Below are positions 1-10,178 of a stretch of DNA of 64,000 nt, in pieces. The position numbers and the translations under genes were made by a program. Numbering within the stretch: the first letter of the stretch is position 1; each line of letters begins with the position of its first letter. The stretch covers positions 2,461,372-2,525,371 of the forward strand of contig OZ252250.1 in NCBI GenBank assembly GCA_965249675.1. Direction: 5' to 3'. Below the pieces are notes generated by a model. It was not told the DNA's origin and did no database searches. It saw nothing but the letters and a program-made list of their open reading frames with translations. This stretch comes from Dehalococcoidia bacterium (lineage in GTDB: Bacteria > Chloroflexota > Dehalococcoidia > UBA2979).

Positions 1-3
1 GCC

Positions 4-534
4 ATGGAGGGGGCTGCAGCGGGGTCGAGTGACCGAGTCTCACTGGCAGTCGATTCCACCACGCTCCAACCACTCCACGGCGAGCGTGACGTCGTCCGGG
101 TGTCGGGGGAGGGCGGCGAGCGGCGCGAGTCCTACCAGTGGACGTACACGCCGGCGGCGTCAGGCGCGGTCTTGCGCTACCGCGCGACGAGAGATGGAGA
201 GGCGGAGCGGGGAAGTATCGACCTCAGGGAGCACTACTACGACAACGAGGCCTCGCTCTGGCTCTGGCGCACGCTTGCCTTCGATGCGGATTTTGACGGG
301 TCATACGTGTCGGCCAACCCGATTGCGGCGACGCAGCAGACGGTCAAGCTCCAGACGCCCTCGACGGAGACGATCCGGGTGCCCGCCGGCTCGTTCGAAG
401 TGTGGCGGCTCGTTGTCCGGAACGGTCGCTCACTCCGCAGTGCCTGGATTCACGCAGAGGCTCCTCATGAGGTCATACGGTGGGACAATGGCGATGTCGT
501 GTTCGAGCTGGTGAGCCGCGAGCCCGGCGGCTGA
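4..534 (+). CDS. hypothetical protein (probably 3' part of a gene starting upstream of the window)
   Basis: ORF open from the window edge; coding-like composition; no recognisable motif. Confidence 0.35.
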   Translation: MEGAAAGSSDRVSLAVDSTTLQPLHGERDVVRVSGEGGERRESYQWTYTPAASGAVLRYRATRDGEAERGSIDLREHYYDNEASLWLWRTLAFDADFDGSYVSANPIAATQQTVKLQTPSTETIRVPAGSFEVWRLVVRNGRSLRSAWIHAEAPHEVIRWDNGDVVFELVSREPGG

Positions 535-593
535 ACAGCATCGGGCCAGGACCAGCAGCGGTAAGTGCCGGCTCCAGTGCCGTTTCCGGGCAG

Positions 594-1205
594 TCAGGGA
601 GTTTCCGGCCCCTGCCGCCCGAGTCCCCCGAGCGGCCCGTCTACCCATGCATCCTCGAGCCGGTCCCCGAGGCTTGAGGAGCGCTCGCGGAGGCGCTTGA
701 GAGCGGCACGGAAGGGAACACGGGCGGCCTCCCCGAGCAGCACCGCACCGCCGGCGCGGTAGCGCTCGCGCTCCTCGACCGTCGGGCCCACCCAGGTGTC
801 ACCGGGCAAGCCCTCGAGCTCCAGCAGGAGCTCTCGTACCTCCCACTCAAAGACGCCGACCACCTCGGGAATGGCAAAGAGCCAGAGCGCTGCCGGCGTT
901 TCGGACGGGTGGGCCGCAGGGGGCGCTCCGTCGGCCGCCACTGAGGCGCTCCACATGCCACTGATCACCGGCGCGAGGCCACGCATGATGAAGCTCATGT
1001 GCGGTGCAGAGGCGGCGAACGGTTCGAGTGCTTCGGGGCCATCGAGCCAGACAGCCGCTACCAGCTGTCCGTCCGACTGCCCGCACCAGCAGGCGCGCAC
1101 ATCAGGGGCATCAGCAAGCAGTCGACCGAGCCTCACCCCCTTGGCAATGTCCTCTGCGGTGGCCGTTGGCCGGACCCGAGCGGCAACGAGATGGACCAGG
1201 CCCAT
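594..1205 (-). CDS. hypothetical protein, last gene of ABC transporter operon
   Basis: Start lies 2 nt after the stop of the upstream ABC ATPase gene on the same strand; no motif recognised. Confidence 0.4.
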   Translation of the reverse strand: MGLVHLVAARVRPTATAEDIAKGVRLGRLLADAPDVRACWCGQSDGQLVAAVWLDGPEALEPFAASAPHMSFIMRGLAPVISGMWSASVAADGAPPAAHPSETPAALWLFAIPEVVGVFEWEVRELLLELEGLPGDTWVGPTVEERERYRAGGAVLLGEAARVPFRAALKRLRERSSSLGDRLEDAWVDGPLGGLGRQGPETP

Positions 1206-1206
1206 T

Positions 1207-1965
1207 TCAAGTCACGCTCCCCTGGCCGCCTATTGCGCCGTCCGACATCTCGACCACGCGGTCGACATGCTCGATCACGAACGGATCGTGGGTCGCGGTG
1301 ATGACCGTCACGCCGGCGATCGCGACCTCCCGGAGGAGACCGAAGATCTGAGCGCCCGTCGCCGAGTCGAGCTCGCCCGTCGGCTCGTCGGCGATCACGA
1401 GTGGTGGCTGGTTGGCCAGCGCTCTCGCCACGGCCACGCGCTGCTGCTCACCGCCTGAGAGTTCGTATGGCCGATGGCCGGCGCGCGGGCTCAGCCCGAC
1501 CAGGTCGAGGAGTTCGGCGGTGCGACGACCGCGCTCGCGGAGGCCAACGCCAGCGATGCGCAGTGCGAGCTCGACATTTTCCGCCGCAGACAGCAGCGGC
1601 AAGAGCCCGAACGACTGAAAGACGAAGCCGATCTGTTGCCGGCGCAGCGCAGTCATCTCGGAATCACCGAAGGTGGTGATGTCATGGCCGTCGATCAGCA
1701 CCTCCCCACTCGTCGGCCGGTCGAGCCCGGCGATCAGGTTGAGGAGTGTCGTCTTGCCCGAGCCGGAACGGCCGACGACCGCGAGGAACTCGCCTCGAGC
1801 GACCTCGAGCGTGACATCACGCACGGCGTGGACCACCGCGCCGACCGTGTGGAACTCGCGGCTGACGCGTCTCGTCTCAACGGCGAGATCGGTCGTCCGG
1901 GCGACCCCGGTGGGGTTGGCCTCCAGCCGATCGACTGGCTGCCGGTCGCTCACGGTCTCTTCCAC
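1207..1965 (-). CDS. ABC transporter ATP-binding protein (MacB/LolD-like)
   Basis: Walker [16 protein letters not shown] signature [15 protein letters not shown], Walker [13 protein letters not shown]. Confidence 0.9.
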   Translation of the reverse strand: MEETVSDRQPVDRLEANPTGVARTTDLAVETRRVSREFHTVGAVVHAVRDVTLEVARGEFLAVVGRSGSGKTTLLNLIAGLDRPTSGEVLIDGHDITTFGDSEMTALRRQQIGFVFQSFGLLPLLSAAENVELALRIAGVGLRERGRRTAELLDLVGLSPRAGHRPYELSGGEQQRVAVARALANQPPLVIADEPTGELDSATGAQIFGLLREVAIAGVTVITATHDPFVIEHVDRVVEMSDGAIGGQGSVT

Positions 1966-2876
1966 GGCGGTCCGTCGCCACCTGGCTCCAGCTCGGGCCG
2001 GACCTCGACATAACCATCGTGGCCGGTCACTCGGGCGCGACGCTCGATCCCGAGCACTTCCAGATGTTCGCGAGGAATCTGCAGTCGGCCGCTGCGGTCG
2101 ACCACCGCGAATTCCTCGACCGTCTCTCCCATCCCGCGAGAGAACTGCGCGTGGCGGACCAGTTCGGTGCTGGTGCGGCCGTCGCGCATCGACACCACGC
2201 GGTCAACCCGGGAGGTGATCTCGTGGTCGTGGGTGACCACCACGATCGTGACGCCAGTGTCCTCATTGAGGTGTCGGAAGACCTGGAAGACCTCGTCGGC
2301 GGTGGCGCTATCGAGTTCACCGGTCGGCTCGTCGGCGAGCAGCAGAGGGGGATTGTTGGCGAGCGCGACACCGATCGCCACACGTTGCTGTTCCCCACCG
2401 GACAGCTCGGTCGGCTGGCGGTCGCGCTTCTCGGCGAGACCGACGGCCGCGAGCAGGGCGAGGGCGCGTTCGCGGGCATCCTTGCGCCGGCGACCCTCGA
2501 GGATGAGCGGCACCTCGATGTTCTGAACCGCATTCAGGTAGGGAACGAGGTTGCGTCCGGTCTGCTGCCAGATGAAGCCGACCTCGGAGCGCCGGTAGTC
2601 GACGAGGTCGTCATCTGTGGCCGTCAGAAGGTCGCGAGAGCCAACGGTGACCCGGCCAGCTGAGGGCTGGTCGAGGCCTGCGAGGATGTTGAGGAGGGTC
2701 GATTTCCCCGATCCCGAGGCGCCGACGATCGCCATCATCTCGCCCGAGCGGACTCGCAGATCAAGGCCGCGGAGCGCGACCACCTCCAGCTCTTCAGACT
2801 TGTAGATCTTGAAGAGATCTTCACAGTGGATGTAGGGCCCGTCCCGCCCATCGGCGGAAGGCGACTGGCCGGTCAT
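1950..2876 (-). CDS. ABC transporter ATP-binding protein (second ATPase, C-terminal extension)
   Basis: Walker [40 protein letters not shown]; 16-nt overlap with the downstream ATPase gene. Confidence 0.9.
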   Translation of the reverse strand: MTGQSPSADGRDGPYIHCEDLFKIYKSEELEVVALRGLDLRVRSGEMMAIVGASGSGKSTLLNILAGLDQPSAGRVTVGSRDLLTATDDDLVDYRRSEVGFIWQQTGRNLVPYLNAVQNIEVPLILEGRRRKDARERALALLAAVGLAEKRDRQPTELSGGEQQRVAIGVALANNPPLLLADEPTGELDSATADEVFQVFRHLNEDTGVTIVVVTHDHEITSRVDRVVSMRDGRTSTELVRHAQFSRGMGETVEEFAVVDRSGRLQIPREHLEVLGIERRARVTGHDGYVEVRPELEPGGDGPPWKRP

Positions 2877-2894
2877 AGGGGGTGCACCATCGAT

Positions 2895-5800
2895 TCAGGC
2901 ATCGCCAATCCGCAGCGCACGATGCACTGCCAGCCGGAGATAGAGAAGGACCACGGCAACAATCGTCGCCGCGAACACGATTGCGAGGATACCCCAGACG
3001 AGGAACACCTCGGGCCACGCGACGGTCAGGAGGAAGGGAGGGAGCACCTCCGAACCGCGCTCGTCCGTGCCGAGGAAGTCCATCATCAGCCTGCCGATCT
3101 GGAGGCCGACCAGGGTGCCGAGGCCCATTCCGGCCAGCACGACGAATGATTGTTCGATGAGGACGACCGAGAAGACCTGCAGGCGCGAGAAGCCGAGCGT
3201 GCGGAGGATCGCGAACTCCAGCCCACGCTGCTGTGCGCTGAGATAGGAGTAGACGACGAACCCGATTGCGGAGAGCAGGAGAACCGCTCCGAACGAGATC
3301 GCCAAGATTCCCCGCCAGCCGGCTGCAACCAGCGGGTCTTCCTGCTGCCCGAGCTGCGTCCCCTGGACATCGGCGACTGTCGACGGGCCGAGCGAACCGA
3401 TTCCGGCGGTGGTCGCCTCTGGTTGATCGCTGGCGAACCAGAACTCGTTGAAGAGGGCCGGGCGATCGGCAACGGTCGCGTCGGCACTCTGGATCAGGCG
3501 GTTGACGTTGAGGAGGACGAGACCCTCGCCACGGTCGCCCGGGCGGTAGGTAGGGAAGAGCTCCAGAGGGCCGGCGTAGACGCCCTCGTGGAAGCGGGAG
3601 AGTGCGCTGAATCGGACCGGGTCTCCCTCGCGCAGCTCGAGCTGATCGGCAGCGGAGCGGGAGAGGTAAAGGGCGATCGGAGTGGGGTCGACCCGCTCGC
3701 GGATGCCGTGGATCTGGGCGGCTCGCTGCGGGCTCGACCAGTCGAGACGCGTCGAGCGGCGCGAGCCGGGTGGTGCATCTCCGGACTCGCCGAGCCGGTC
3801 GCGGCCTGCCACCACGCTCACGCCCTCCAGCGGTTCGTAGCGTGGGTCGTCGAAGGAGGTGACGAAGGTGGCGTCCGCGAAGGCGAGCGGCCGACCGCGG
3901 AACTGTTCAGGTGATGCCTCGGGTACGACGGTCGACTCCGTGCTCAGCAGTGGGCCGAACAACACCGTGCCGCCGGCAGCAGCGATCCGGCTCGCTGTAG
4001 CGAGCAGCACCGCCTCGAAGGTGATCGGCGCCTCGAGCGGAGAGCGATCGATCAGCCGGCCGCTTCGTGAGCGCTGTGCGCTGAGGCTGGTTGAGAAGAA
4101 GCGCCACTCCTCGCTGACGGCGTCTCTGGGCCTGAGGAAGCCAAGATGGTACTCGGCGGCGACGCCATTGGCACCGCGGAGTTGGAGGGTGAGGCTGAAC
4201 CCACCGCGAATCGTCGGGGCCTTGACCCAGAGGCCGACCTGGCGAGCACCGGCGGGAACGGACACGCCGCTGCGCGGCGGCGGTTCGTTCGCGACGAGCG
4301 TCGCGAGGATGTCATCGAGGGGTTGGGAGGCGAAGTCATCGCGCCAGAACCCGACGCTGGCGAAGCGCTCGGGCTCGATCCCGACCACCTCGACGCGCTG
4401 GAACCGGCCGAGCGTGTCCAATGACCCACTCGCCCTGATCACACCCATCGACTGCTGTGCCGGGACCGCCCGGGCGAGGCTGAGCAGATCGCCGTTGCCC
4501 AGCTCGCGCTGCCTGAGGTCGTAGGCCCGGATGTCGGCGCCGACCTCGTAGGCCGCGCGGTCGCTGTAGGAGCGGTCGAGTGTCGCTGAGAAGGTCGCCC
4601 CGAACATGCCGACGCCCGTTGCAAACATCAGCAGCAGGACCAGCCGCGTGTAGTGGCTCGGATTGCGTACCAGCGATCGCATGCTGACCACGGCTGCCAC
4701 GCTGTTGGTCCAGTTGACGGCCCACGCAATCGCTCGCAGGACAAGCGGGAAGAGCCGCAGGAAGACGATGCCGACGGTGAGCATGAAGACGGCCGGGGTG
4801 GCCAGCAGGAAGGGGTCAGCACGGACCTCCCCGAAGAGTGACTCGGTGAAGAGCTCTTCCTGCTGCGACAGTCGCCAGAAGACCAACGCCAACACGAGAA
4901 CCATCGCGACATCGAGGTAGTAGCGCAGGAAGGCGGGGGTCGGTTTCGGGCGGGCGATGCGTCGTTTGAACTCGACGACGGTCGTACGGGTGGCGATCCA
5001 GCAGGGAATGATCAGTGCCGCGAAGGCGATCAGGGCCCCGACGCCCGCGAGCACGTACGACTGGAGAGAGATGTGTACCTCGAGCGGCCCACCGCCTGAG
5101 ATGGCGGCGAATGCGGGGGTCGGCCCGAGCGCCGAGATCACCGTGGCTGCGATCGGCGGGCCCGTCGCAAAGGCGACGGCCGCGAGGATCACGCCCTCCA
5201 GCCCGTACTGGGCAAGTAGCTGACCGGTAGTAGCACCACGCGAGCGCAACGTGGCGATCTCGGCGGTCTGCCGCTCGGTCAGCATCGTGCTCACCATCAT
5301 CAGGTAGTAGGCGACGATGCCACCGACCTGCAGCAGCAGTACGAAGAGCGGGATGCGGGTGAAGAAGAGCTTCTGATCGAAGGTGCGGAGCACCTCGATC
5401 AGCTCGGTTCGAGCGCGTGTCCGCTCCTCCGTCTCACCCAGGTCGCGCGGCAGGCGCGCCAGAGCATCTGCCACTGGAACCGCGTTGCGCGCGTTGAGCG
5501 CACTCAGGTCGACCGAGTAGTAGCCGTCGAAGTCGGCGACGATCTCCGGGTAGCGGGCGGGGACGACACCGAAGAACGAGCTCTCGGGAATGTGGAAGAG
5601 GTACGTCTCCCACGAGCGAGAGGGCGCGTCGACGTGATGTTGCTCGCCGGACCAGTAGCGATCGGCAAGGTCAACGGGGTCGATGATGCCGACCACGACG
5701 GCCGCCAGCGGCGCTGCGTCTTCGTCCCAGAAGGGATGGAGGTCGAAGGCGCTGCCGACCGTGATCCCGGCGAGCTCGGCGGTGCGGCGCCCGACGGCGA

Positions 5801-6284
5801 CGGGCAACAGGCCCTGCTCTTCGGGCGGGACGGGGGCCGCGAGCTCCCCGGCGACGATCTCAATGTGGGGCTCAAGGTCCGAGCGGAAGACAAGGTTCGC
5901 CCTCGGTCTGGTGGCGTCGTCGAGGTCGGGCTCGCCGCCTTGCTCAACCGGATAGAAGGTGGCCGTGGATCCTGCGCGCACGAGGCCGGAGAAGCTCTCC
6001 CCCAGGGACGAGATGACGGCCCGGTTGACTGCCTCTTCGGACCGCTGGTAACTCCGGGCGTTGACCGTCTGCGTGCTGCGCGCGACCGAGACATCGAGCT
6101 TGGTCGGGTCGCGCCGCTCCAGCGCGAAGTCCAGTCCGAGGTCACGGATCGCGTCAGAGTAGATCACCGTGGCCGAGAGCACAGCACCGGCGATCATGGT
6201 GCCGAGCACGACGCTTGAGAGGAGGCGCCAGTTCCCGGCCATTCGCCTCAGTGCGAGCAGGGGTAGCGATCGATACCTCCCCAT
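2895..6284 (-). CDS. ABC transporter permease, fused double FtsX/MacB-type (1129 aa)
   Basis: Two FtsX-like transmembrane modules, each preceded by a large extracytoplasmic domain; co-oriented with and immediately upstream of two ATPase genes. Confidence 0.8.
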   Translation of the reverse strand: MGRYRSLPLLALRRMAGNWRLLSSVVLGTMIAGAVLSATVIYSDAIRDLGLDFALERRDPTKLDVSVARSTQTVNARSYQRSEEAVNRAVISSLGESFSGLVRAGSTATFYPVEQGGEPDLDDATRPRANLVFRSDLEPHIEIVAGELAAPVPPEEQGLLPVAVGRRTAELAGITVGSAFDLHPFWDEDAAPLAAVVVGIIDPVDLADRYWSGEQHHVDAPSRSWETYLFHIPESSFFGVVPARYPEIVADFDGYYSVDLSALNARNAVPVADALARLPRDLGETEERTRARTELIEVLRTFDQKLFFTRIPLFVLLLQVGGIVAYYLMMVSTMLTERQTAEIATLRSRGATTGQLLAQYGLEGVILAAVAFATGPPIAATVISALGPTPAFAAISGGGPLEVHISLQSYVLAGVGALIAFAALIIPCWIATRTTVVEFKRRIARPKPTPAFLRYYLDVAMVLVLALVFWRLSQQEELFTESLFGEVRADPFLLATPAVFMLTVGIVFLRLFPLVLRAIAWAVNWTNSVAAVVSMRSLVRNPSHYTRLVLLLMFATGVGMFGATFSATLDRSYSDRAAYEVGADIRAYDLRQRELGNGDLLSLARAVPAQQSMGVIRASGSLDTLGRFQRVEVVGIEPERFASVGFWRDDFASQPLDDILATLVANEPPPRSGVSVPAGARQVGLWVKAPTIRGGFSLTLQLRGANGVAAEYHLGFLRPRDAVSEEWRFFSTSLSAQRSRSGRLIDRSPLEAPITFEAVLLATASRIAAAGGTVLFGPLLSTESTVVPEASPEQFRGRPLAFADATFVTSFDDPRYEPLEGVSVVAGRDRLGESGDAPPGSRRSTRLDWSSPQRAAQIHGIRERVDPTPIALYLSRSAADQLELREGDPVRFSALSRFHEGVYAGPLELFPTYRPGDRGEGLVLLNVNRLIQSADATVADRPALFNEFWFASDQPEATTAGIGSLGPSTVADVQGTQLGQQEDPLVAAGWRGILAISFGAVLLLSAIGFVVYSYLSAQQRGLEFAILRTLGFSRLQVFSVVLIEQSFVVLAGMGLGTLVGLQIGRLMMDFLGTDERGSEVLPPFLLTVAWPEVFLVWGILAIVFAATIVAVVLLYLRLAVHRALRIGDA

Positions 6285-6354
6285 TCCGCCGAGTGTACGG
6301 GCACGGCCTGCTGGACTCGAACGGGGCGGCCACGGACACCGCTATACTGGCCGC

Positions 6355-9225
6355 GTGACACCCCCGACCGCGCCCCGCCCCCCAGTTGTCCGAGCGGGCG
6401 GTCTCGCAGCAGGCGAACGGTCTCCCCGGCTCGTGATCCTTGACTCCCATGGGATCATCTTCCGCTCCTACTTCGCCCTCCGAGATGTCCTCACCGTGCG
6501 CAGCACCGGGGAACCGGTCTCGGCTGTCTACGGCTACGCGAACAGCCTGCTGACCGTGCTCGACGAGCTGGAGCCGACCCACGTGATTGCGGCCTGGGAC
6601 GCCGCGTCTGCAACCTTCCGCCGCAGCCTCGACGAGGGATACAAGGCCCACCGTCCGCCGACGCCGCCCGATCTCTTGCCGCAGTTCGAGCGGGTCCGCG
6701 AGTTGCTGGGGGCCTTCCAGATCCCGCTCGTCGAACGGCCTGGTTTCGAGGCAGACGATGTACTCGGCACCTTCGCCAGCCAGGCGTCGGCGCAGGGCAT
6801 CGAGACGATTCTCGTGACCATGGACAACGATCTCGTTCAGCTCGTTGACGAACATGTTCGGGTGTACATGTACCGCCCCTACCAGCGCGACTATGTGATG
6901 TATGACGAGGCAGCTGTGCGCGATCGCTGGAGCTTCGAGCCGGTGCAGATGGTCGACTACAAGGCACTCGTCGGTGACGCCTCGGACAACATTCCGGGTG
7001 TCAAGGGGATCGGCGAGAAGGGTGCCCGCGCGTTGATCGCACGCTGGGGATCCCTCGAGGCGATGATCGAGCACATCGATGAGATTGCGCCGGCGAGGGC
7101 GCAGAAGGCGCTCGCGGCCGGGATCGAGCAAGGGAGGCTCTCGCGGCAGCTGGCCACCATCGTTCGCGACGTTCCCGGGCTCGAGCTCACACTCGACTCC
7201 GCCGAACTCGCTGACTACGACCGCGAGCGAGTACGCGCGCTCTTCCAGGAGCTCGACTTCCATTCGCTCGTTCGTCGGTTGCCGCCGTCGAGGCATGACG
7301 CTCCCGGTGGCCAGCGCGAGCGCGCTCCCGAAGACGTGGACTATCAGCTCGTCGCCGCGCCGCAAGAGCTTCGCTCGCTGGTGGCCCGGGTCCGAGAGAA
7401 GGGGCGCTTCTCCTTCCATGTCGTCGCCGACGACGCACACCCGATCCGAGCGCGAGACTCCCTGGTCGGGATCAGCATCGCCTGCACACCTGGTCAGGCA
7501 TGGTACGTCCCGCTTCCTCCCGAACAGGCGCCCGCGGTCGTCCAGCAGCCGGCGCTCCTCGCCGAGCCGGACGAGCGACCGGCGGGAGGTCCGCCTGCCA
7601 GTCCGCTCCCCCGTGCCGCGGTGATGGAGGCACTCTCACCGCTCTTCGCCGATGGAGAGCTGGGCGTCGTCGGTCACGATGCAAAGTTCGGGCTGCTGGC
7701 CCTGGCCGGGAGTGGCTTCCCGGTGCCTCTGGGAGCCGCGGACTTCGACACGCAGGTCGCCGCCTATCTGGTCGGCGACCCGAACATCTCGCTCGAACGT
7801 CTGGCACTCAGTCGCCTCGGCCTCGAGACCGTTGACACCCGGAGCTTCCTCGGTCGCGGACGCCAGGCGATCGGCTTCTCGCAGGCCAGGGTCGCTGATA
7901 TCGTCCAGGCCGCCTCGCAGCAGGCCGACTACACCCTGCGCGCGGCCGAGCCGCTGCGCCATGAACTCGAGAGCTCTGAACTGGCGACCGTCTTCCGGGA
8001 CATCGACTTACCGCACATCCCCGTGCTGGCTCGTATGGAACAGTTCGGCATCGCGCTCGAGACGGACGTCCTGACCGACCTCGCCAGAGAGCTCTCAGAA
8101 CAGATCGCGCTGGCCCAACAAGATTCCTACCAGGCCGTCGGGCACGAGTTCAGGCTGGGATCGCCGCAGGAACTGTCGACCGTGTTGTTCGAAGAGCTCA
8201 AGCTCCCGAGGACACGCAAGACGCGCACCGGCTACACCACCGACGCGGCGGCGTTGGAAGCGATGAGGCAGCTCCATCCCGTCATCGAGTCGGTGCTGCG
8301 CTGGCGCGAGCTCACCAAGATCAAATCGACCTACGTCGACTCGCTTCCCGGCCAGATCAACCCTCGCACGGGACGGGTCCACACCGTCTTCTCCCAGTCC
8401 ACAGCGGCTACCGGTCGCCTCTCGTCGAATCACCCAAACCTGCAGAACATCCCGGTCAGGACCCTCCTGGGCCAGAGAGTCAGAGAGGCCTTCGTCGCTC
8501 GTGATTGTGGTCCCGATCCCCTCTTCCTCTCGGTCGACTACTCGCAGATCGAGCTCCGCGTCCTCGCCGATCTCGCCGGCGATGACGAGCTGCGACGGGC
8601 CTTTCACGAGGGACAGGACATTCACACGGCGACCGCGGCCAATATCTTCGGTGGGGCGCTTGCCGATGTCACCGCGGACCAACGCCGTCGCGCCAAAGTC
8701 TTCAACTTCGGTGTCCTCTACGGCCTCACGGCCTTCGGCCTCTCCCAGCGGGAGGGGATCGATCCGGGCGAGGCGCAGGCCTTTATCGACGCGTACTTTT
8801 CCGCCTACCCTGCGGTCCAGCAGTGGCGCGAGCAGACGGTTGCTGAGGCCCGAGAACGGGGATTTGCCGAGACCCTGAGCGGCCGGCGGCGGCCGATCCC
8901 CGATCTCCACGCGACCAACTTCAATCGACGATCGGCCGCAGAACGGATCGCGATCAACATGCCGATCCAGGGCACGGCATCCGACATCATCAAGATCGCG
9001 ATGAACCGCATCGACGCCGAGCTGCGCGAGCGCCAGCGCCGCGGCAAACGCGCCCGGCTCTTGTTGCAGGTCCACGACGAGCTGATCTTCGAACTCCCTG
9101 AGAGCGAGCTGGCCGAGGTGCGAGAGATCGCGCAGCGGCTCATGCCCTCCTTGCCCCTTGCCGTGCCGCTCGACCTCGATGAACGCGTCGGCCCTTCGTG
9201 GGGCGACCTCGCTGCCATCCCGTGA
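6355..9225 (+). CDS. polA: DNA polymerase I
   Basis: 5'-3' exonuclease start RLVILDSHGIIFRSYFAL; polymerase motifs DYSQIELRVLA and QVHDELIFE. GTG start proposed at 6355, because the track ORF from 6169 would overlap the divergent permease gene. Confidence 0.9.
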   Translation: MTPPTAPRPPVVRAGGLAAGERSPRLVILDSHGIIFRSYFALRDVLTVRSTGEPVSAVYGYANSLLTVLDELEPTHVIAAWDAASATFRRSLDEGYKAHRPPTPPDLLPQFERVRELLGAFQIPLVERPGFEADDVLGTFASQASAQGIETILVTMDNDLVQLVDEHVRVYMYRPYQRDYVMYDEAAVRDRWSFEPVQMVDYKALVGDASDNIPGVKGIGEKGARALIARWGSLEAMIEHIDEIAPARAQKALAAGIEQGRLSRQLATIVRDVPGLELTLDSAELADYDRERVRALFQELDFHSLVRRLPPSRHDAPGGQRERAPEDVDYQLVAAPQELRSLVARVREKGRFSFHVVADDAHPIRARDSLVGISIACTPGQAWYVPLPPEQAPAVVQQPALLAEPDERPAGGPPASPLPRAAVMEALSPLFADGELGVVGHDAKFGLLALAGSGFPVPLGAADFDTQVAAYLVGDPNISLERLALSRLGLETVDTRSFLGRGRQAIGFSQARVADIVQAASQQADYTLRAAEPLRHELESSELATVFRDIDLPHIPVLARMEQFGIALETDVLTDLARELSEQIALAQQDSYQAVGHEFRLGSPQELSTVLFEELKLPRTRKTRTGYTTDAAALEAMRQLHPVIESVLRWRELTKIKSTYVDSLPGQINPRTGRVHTVFSQSTAATGRLSSNHPNLQNIPVRTLLGQRVREAFVARDCGPDPLFLSVDYSQIELRVLADLAGDDELRRAFHEGQDIHTATAANIFGGALADVTADQRRRAKVFNFGVLYGLTAFGLSQREGIDPGEAQAFIDAYFSAYPAVQQWREQTVAEARERGFAETLSGRRRPIPDLHATNFNRRSAAERIAINMPIQGTASDIIKIAMNRIDAELRERQRRGKRARLLLQVHDELIFELPESELAEVREIAQRLMPSLPLAVPLDLDERVGPSWGDLAAIP

Positions 9226-9255
9226 GGGCTGCCGGCCACGCTGGCGACCGGTCTG

Positions 9256-10077
9256 ATGCCCGAGCTCCCTGAGGTCGAGAGCACCCGTCGCACCCTGGCG
9301 CCCGGCCTGGTCGGCCGGCTGATCTCCGCTGTCGTGATCCACCCGGGCGCCGAGCGACTGGCGGTCACCCATGGCCCACGGGAGTTCGAGGAGGTGCTGA
9401 CCGGGAGGCGCATCCACTCACTCGGACGACATGGCAAGTACCTGCTGGCCGAACTGGACGGCGGGCTGACCTGGGTTGTGCACCTGCGCATGAGCGGATC
9501 GCTGATGCTTGCCGCACAGGGCGAGCCCGCCGACCGGTACGAGCGAGCGCGAGTGAGCCTCGACGGCGGCTCCGAACTCCGCTTCAACGACATGCGCAAG
9601 TTCGGTACCTGGCAGCTCGTCGACGATCCCTCGGTCGTGATCGCTCGGGTCGGACCAGATGCGCTCTCTCCAGAGTTCACGCCCGGTTGGTTGCGGGCAC
9701 AGCTGGCGCGCCGCACGGTCGCCGTGAAGAGCGCTCTCCTCGACCAGCGGGTGGCCGCGGGCGTGGGCAACATCTACGCCGACGAGGCATGTTTCTTCGC
9801 GGGGATCGATCCCCGCACACCGGCCTGGCGTGTCGGTCCCCGCCGCGTGGCGAGGTTGCACGAAGGCGTCGGCCGCGCTCTTGCACGGGCGCTCGCCGAT
9901 GGGGGCACCACCTTCTCTGACTATCGAGACGGAAGAGGACAGGCAGGCGCACACATCGCAAACGTCGAGGTGTTTCGTCGCGAAGGCCGGCCCTGCCATC
10001 GGTGCGGAACCGCAATCCGCAAGATCCGCGTGGGCGGCCGCGGGACACACCTCTGCCCACGATGCCAGCGCAGGTGA
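9256..10077 (+). CDS. mutM: formamidopyrimidine-DNA glycosylase
   Basis: N-terminus MPELPEVE; C-terminal zinc finger CHRCGTAIRKIRVGGRGTHLCPRCQ. Confidence 0.9.
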   Translation: MPELPEVESTRRTLAPGLVGRLISAVVIHPGAERLAVTHGPREFEEVLTGRRIHSLGRHGKYLLAELDGGLTWVVHLRMSGSLMLAAQGEPADRYERARVSLDGGSELRFNDMRKFGTWQLVDDPSVVIARVGPDALSPEFTPGWLRAQLARRTVAVKSALLDQRVAAGVGNIYADEACFFAGIDPRTPAWRVGPRRVARLHEGVGRALARALADGGTTFSDYRDGRGQAGAHIANVEVFRREGRPCHRCGTAIRKIRVGGRGTHLCPRCQRR

Positions 10078-10178
10078 CGGTGGCCCGGATGGTCGGCCAC
10101 CCGGGCGAGGGCCGGTTGCTGACCGCTGGACGTGACTGCTAAGGTGGGAGATCAATTCTGCTGTCCGGGTGGCCGACC

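Noticed and set aside
796-1458. 220-aa plus-strand Ser-rich ORF
   Set aside because: Antisense to the hypothetical gene and the ABC ATPase gene; low-complexity composition.
6154-7440. 428-aa minus-strand ORF
   Set aside because: Antisense to the polA 5' half; no motifs; low-complexity Arg/Gly-rich translation.
8095-9417. 440-aa ORF on the minus strand
   Set aside because: Lies entirely antisense to polA, whose product has unambiguous motifs; a typical spurious long ORF in high-GC DNA.
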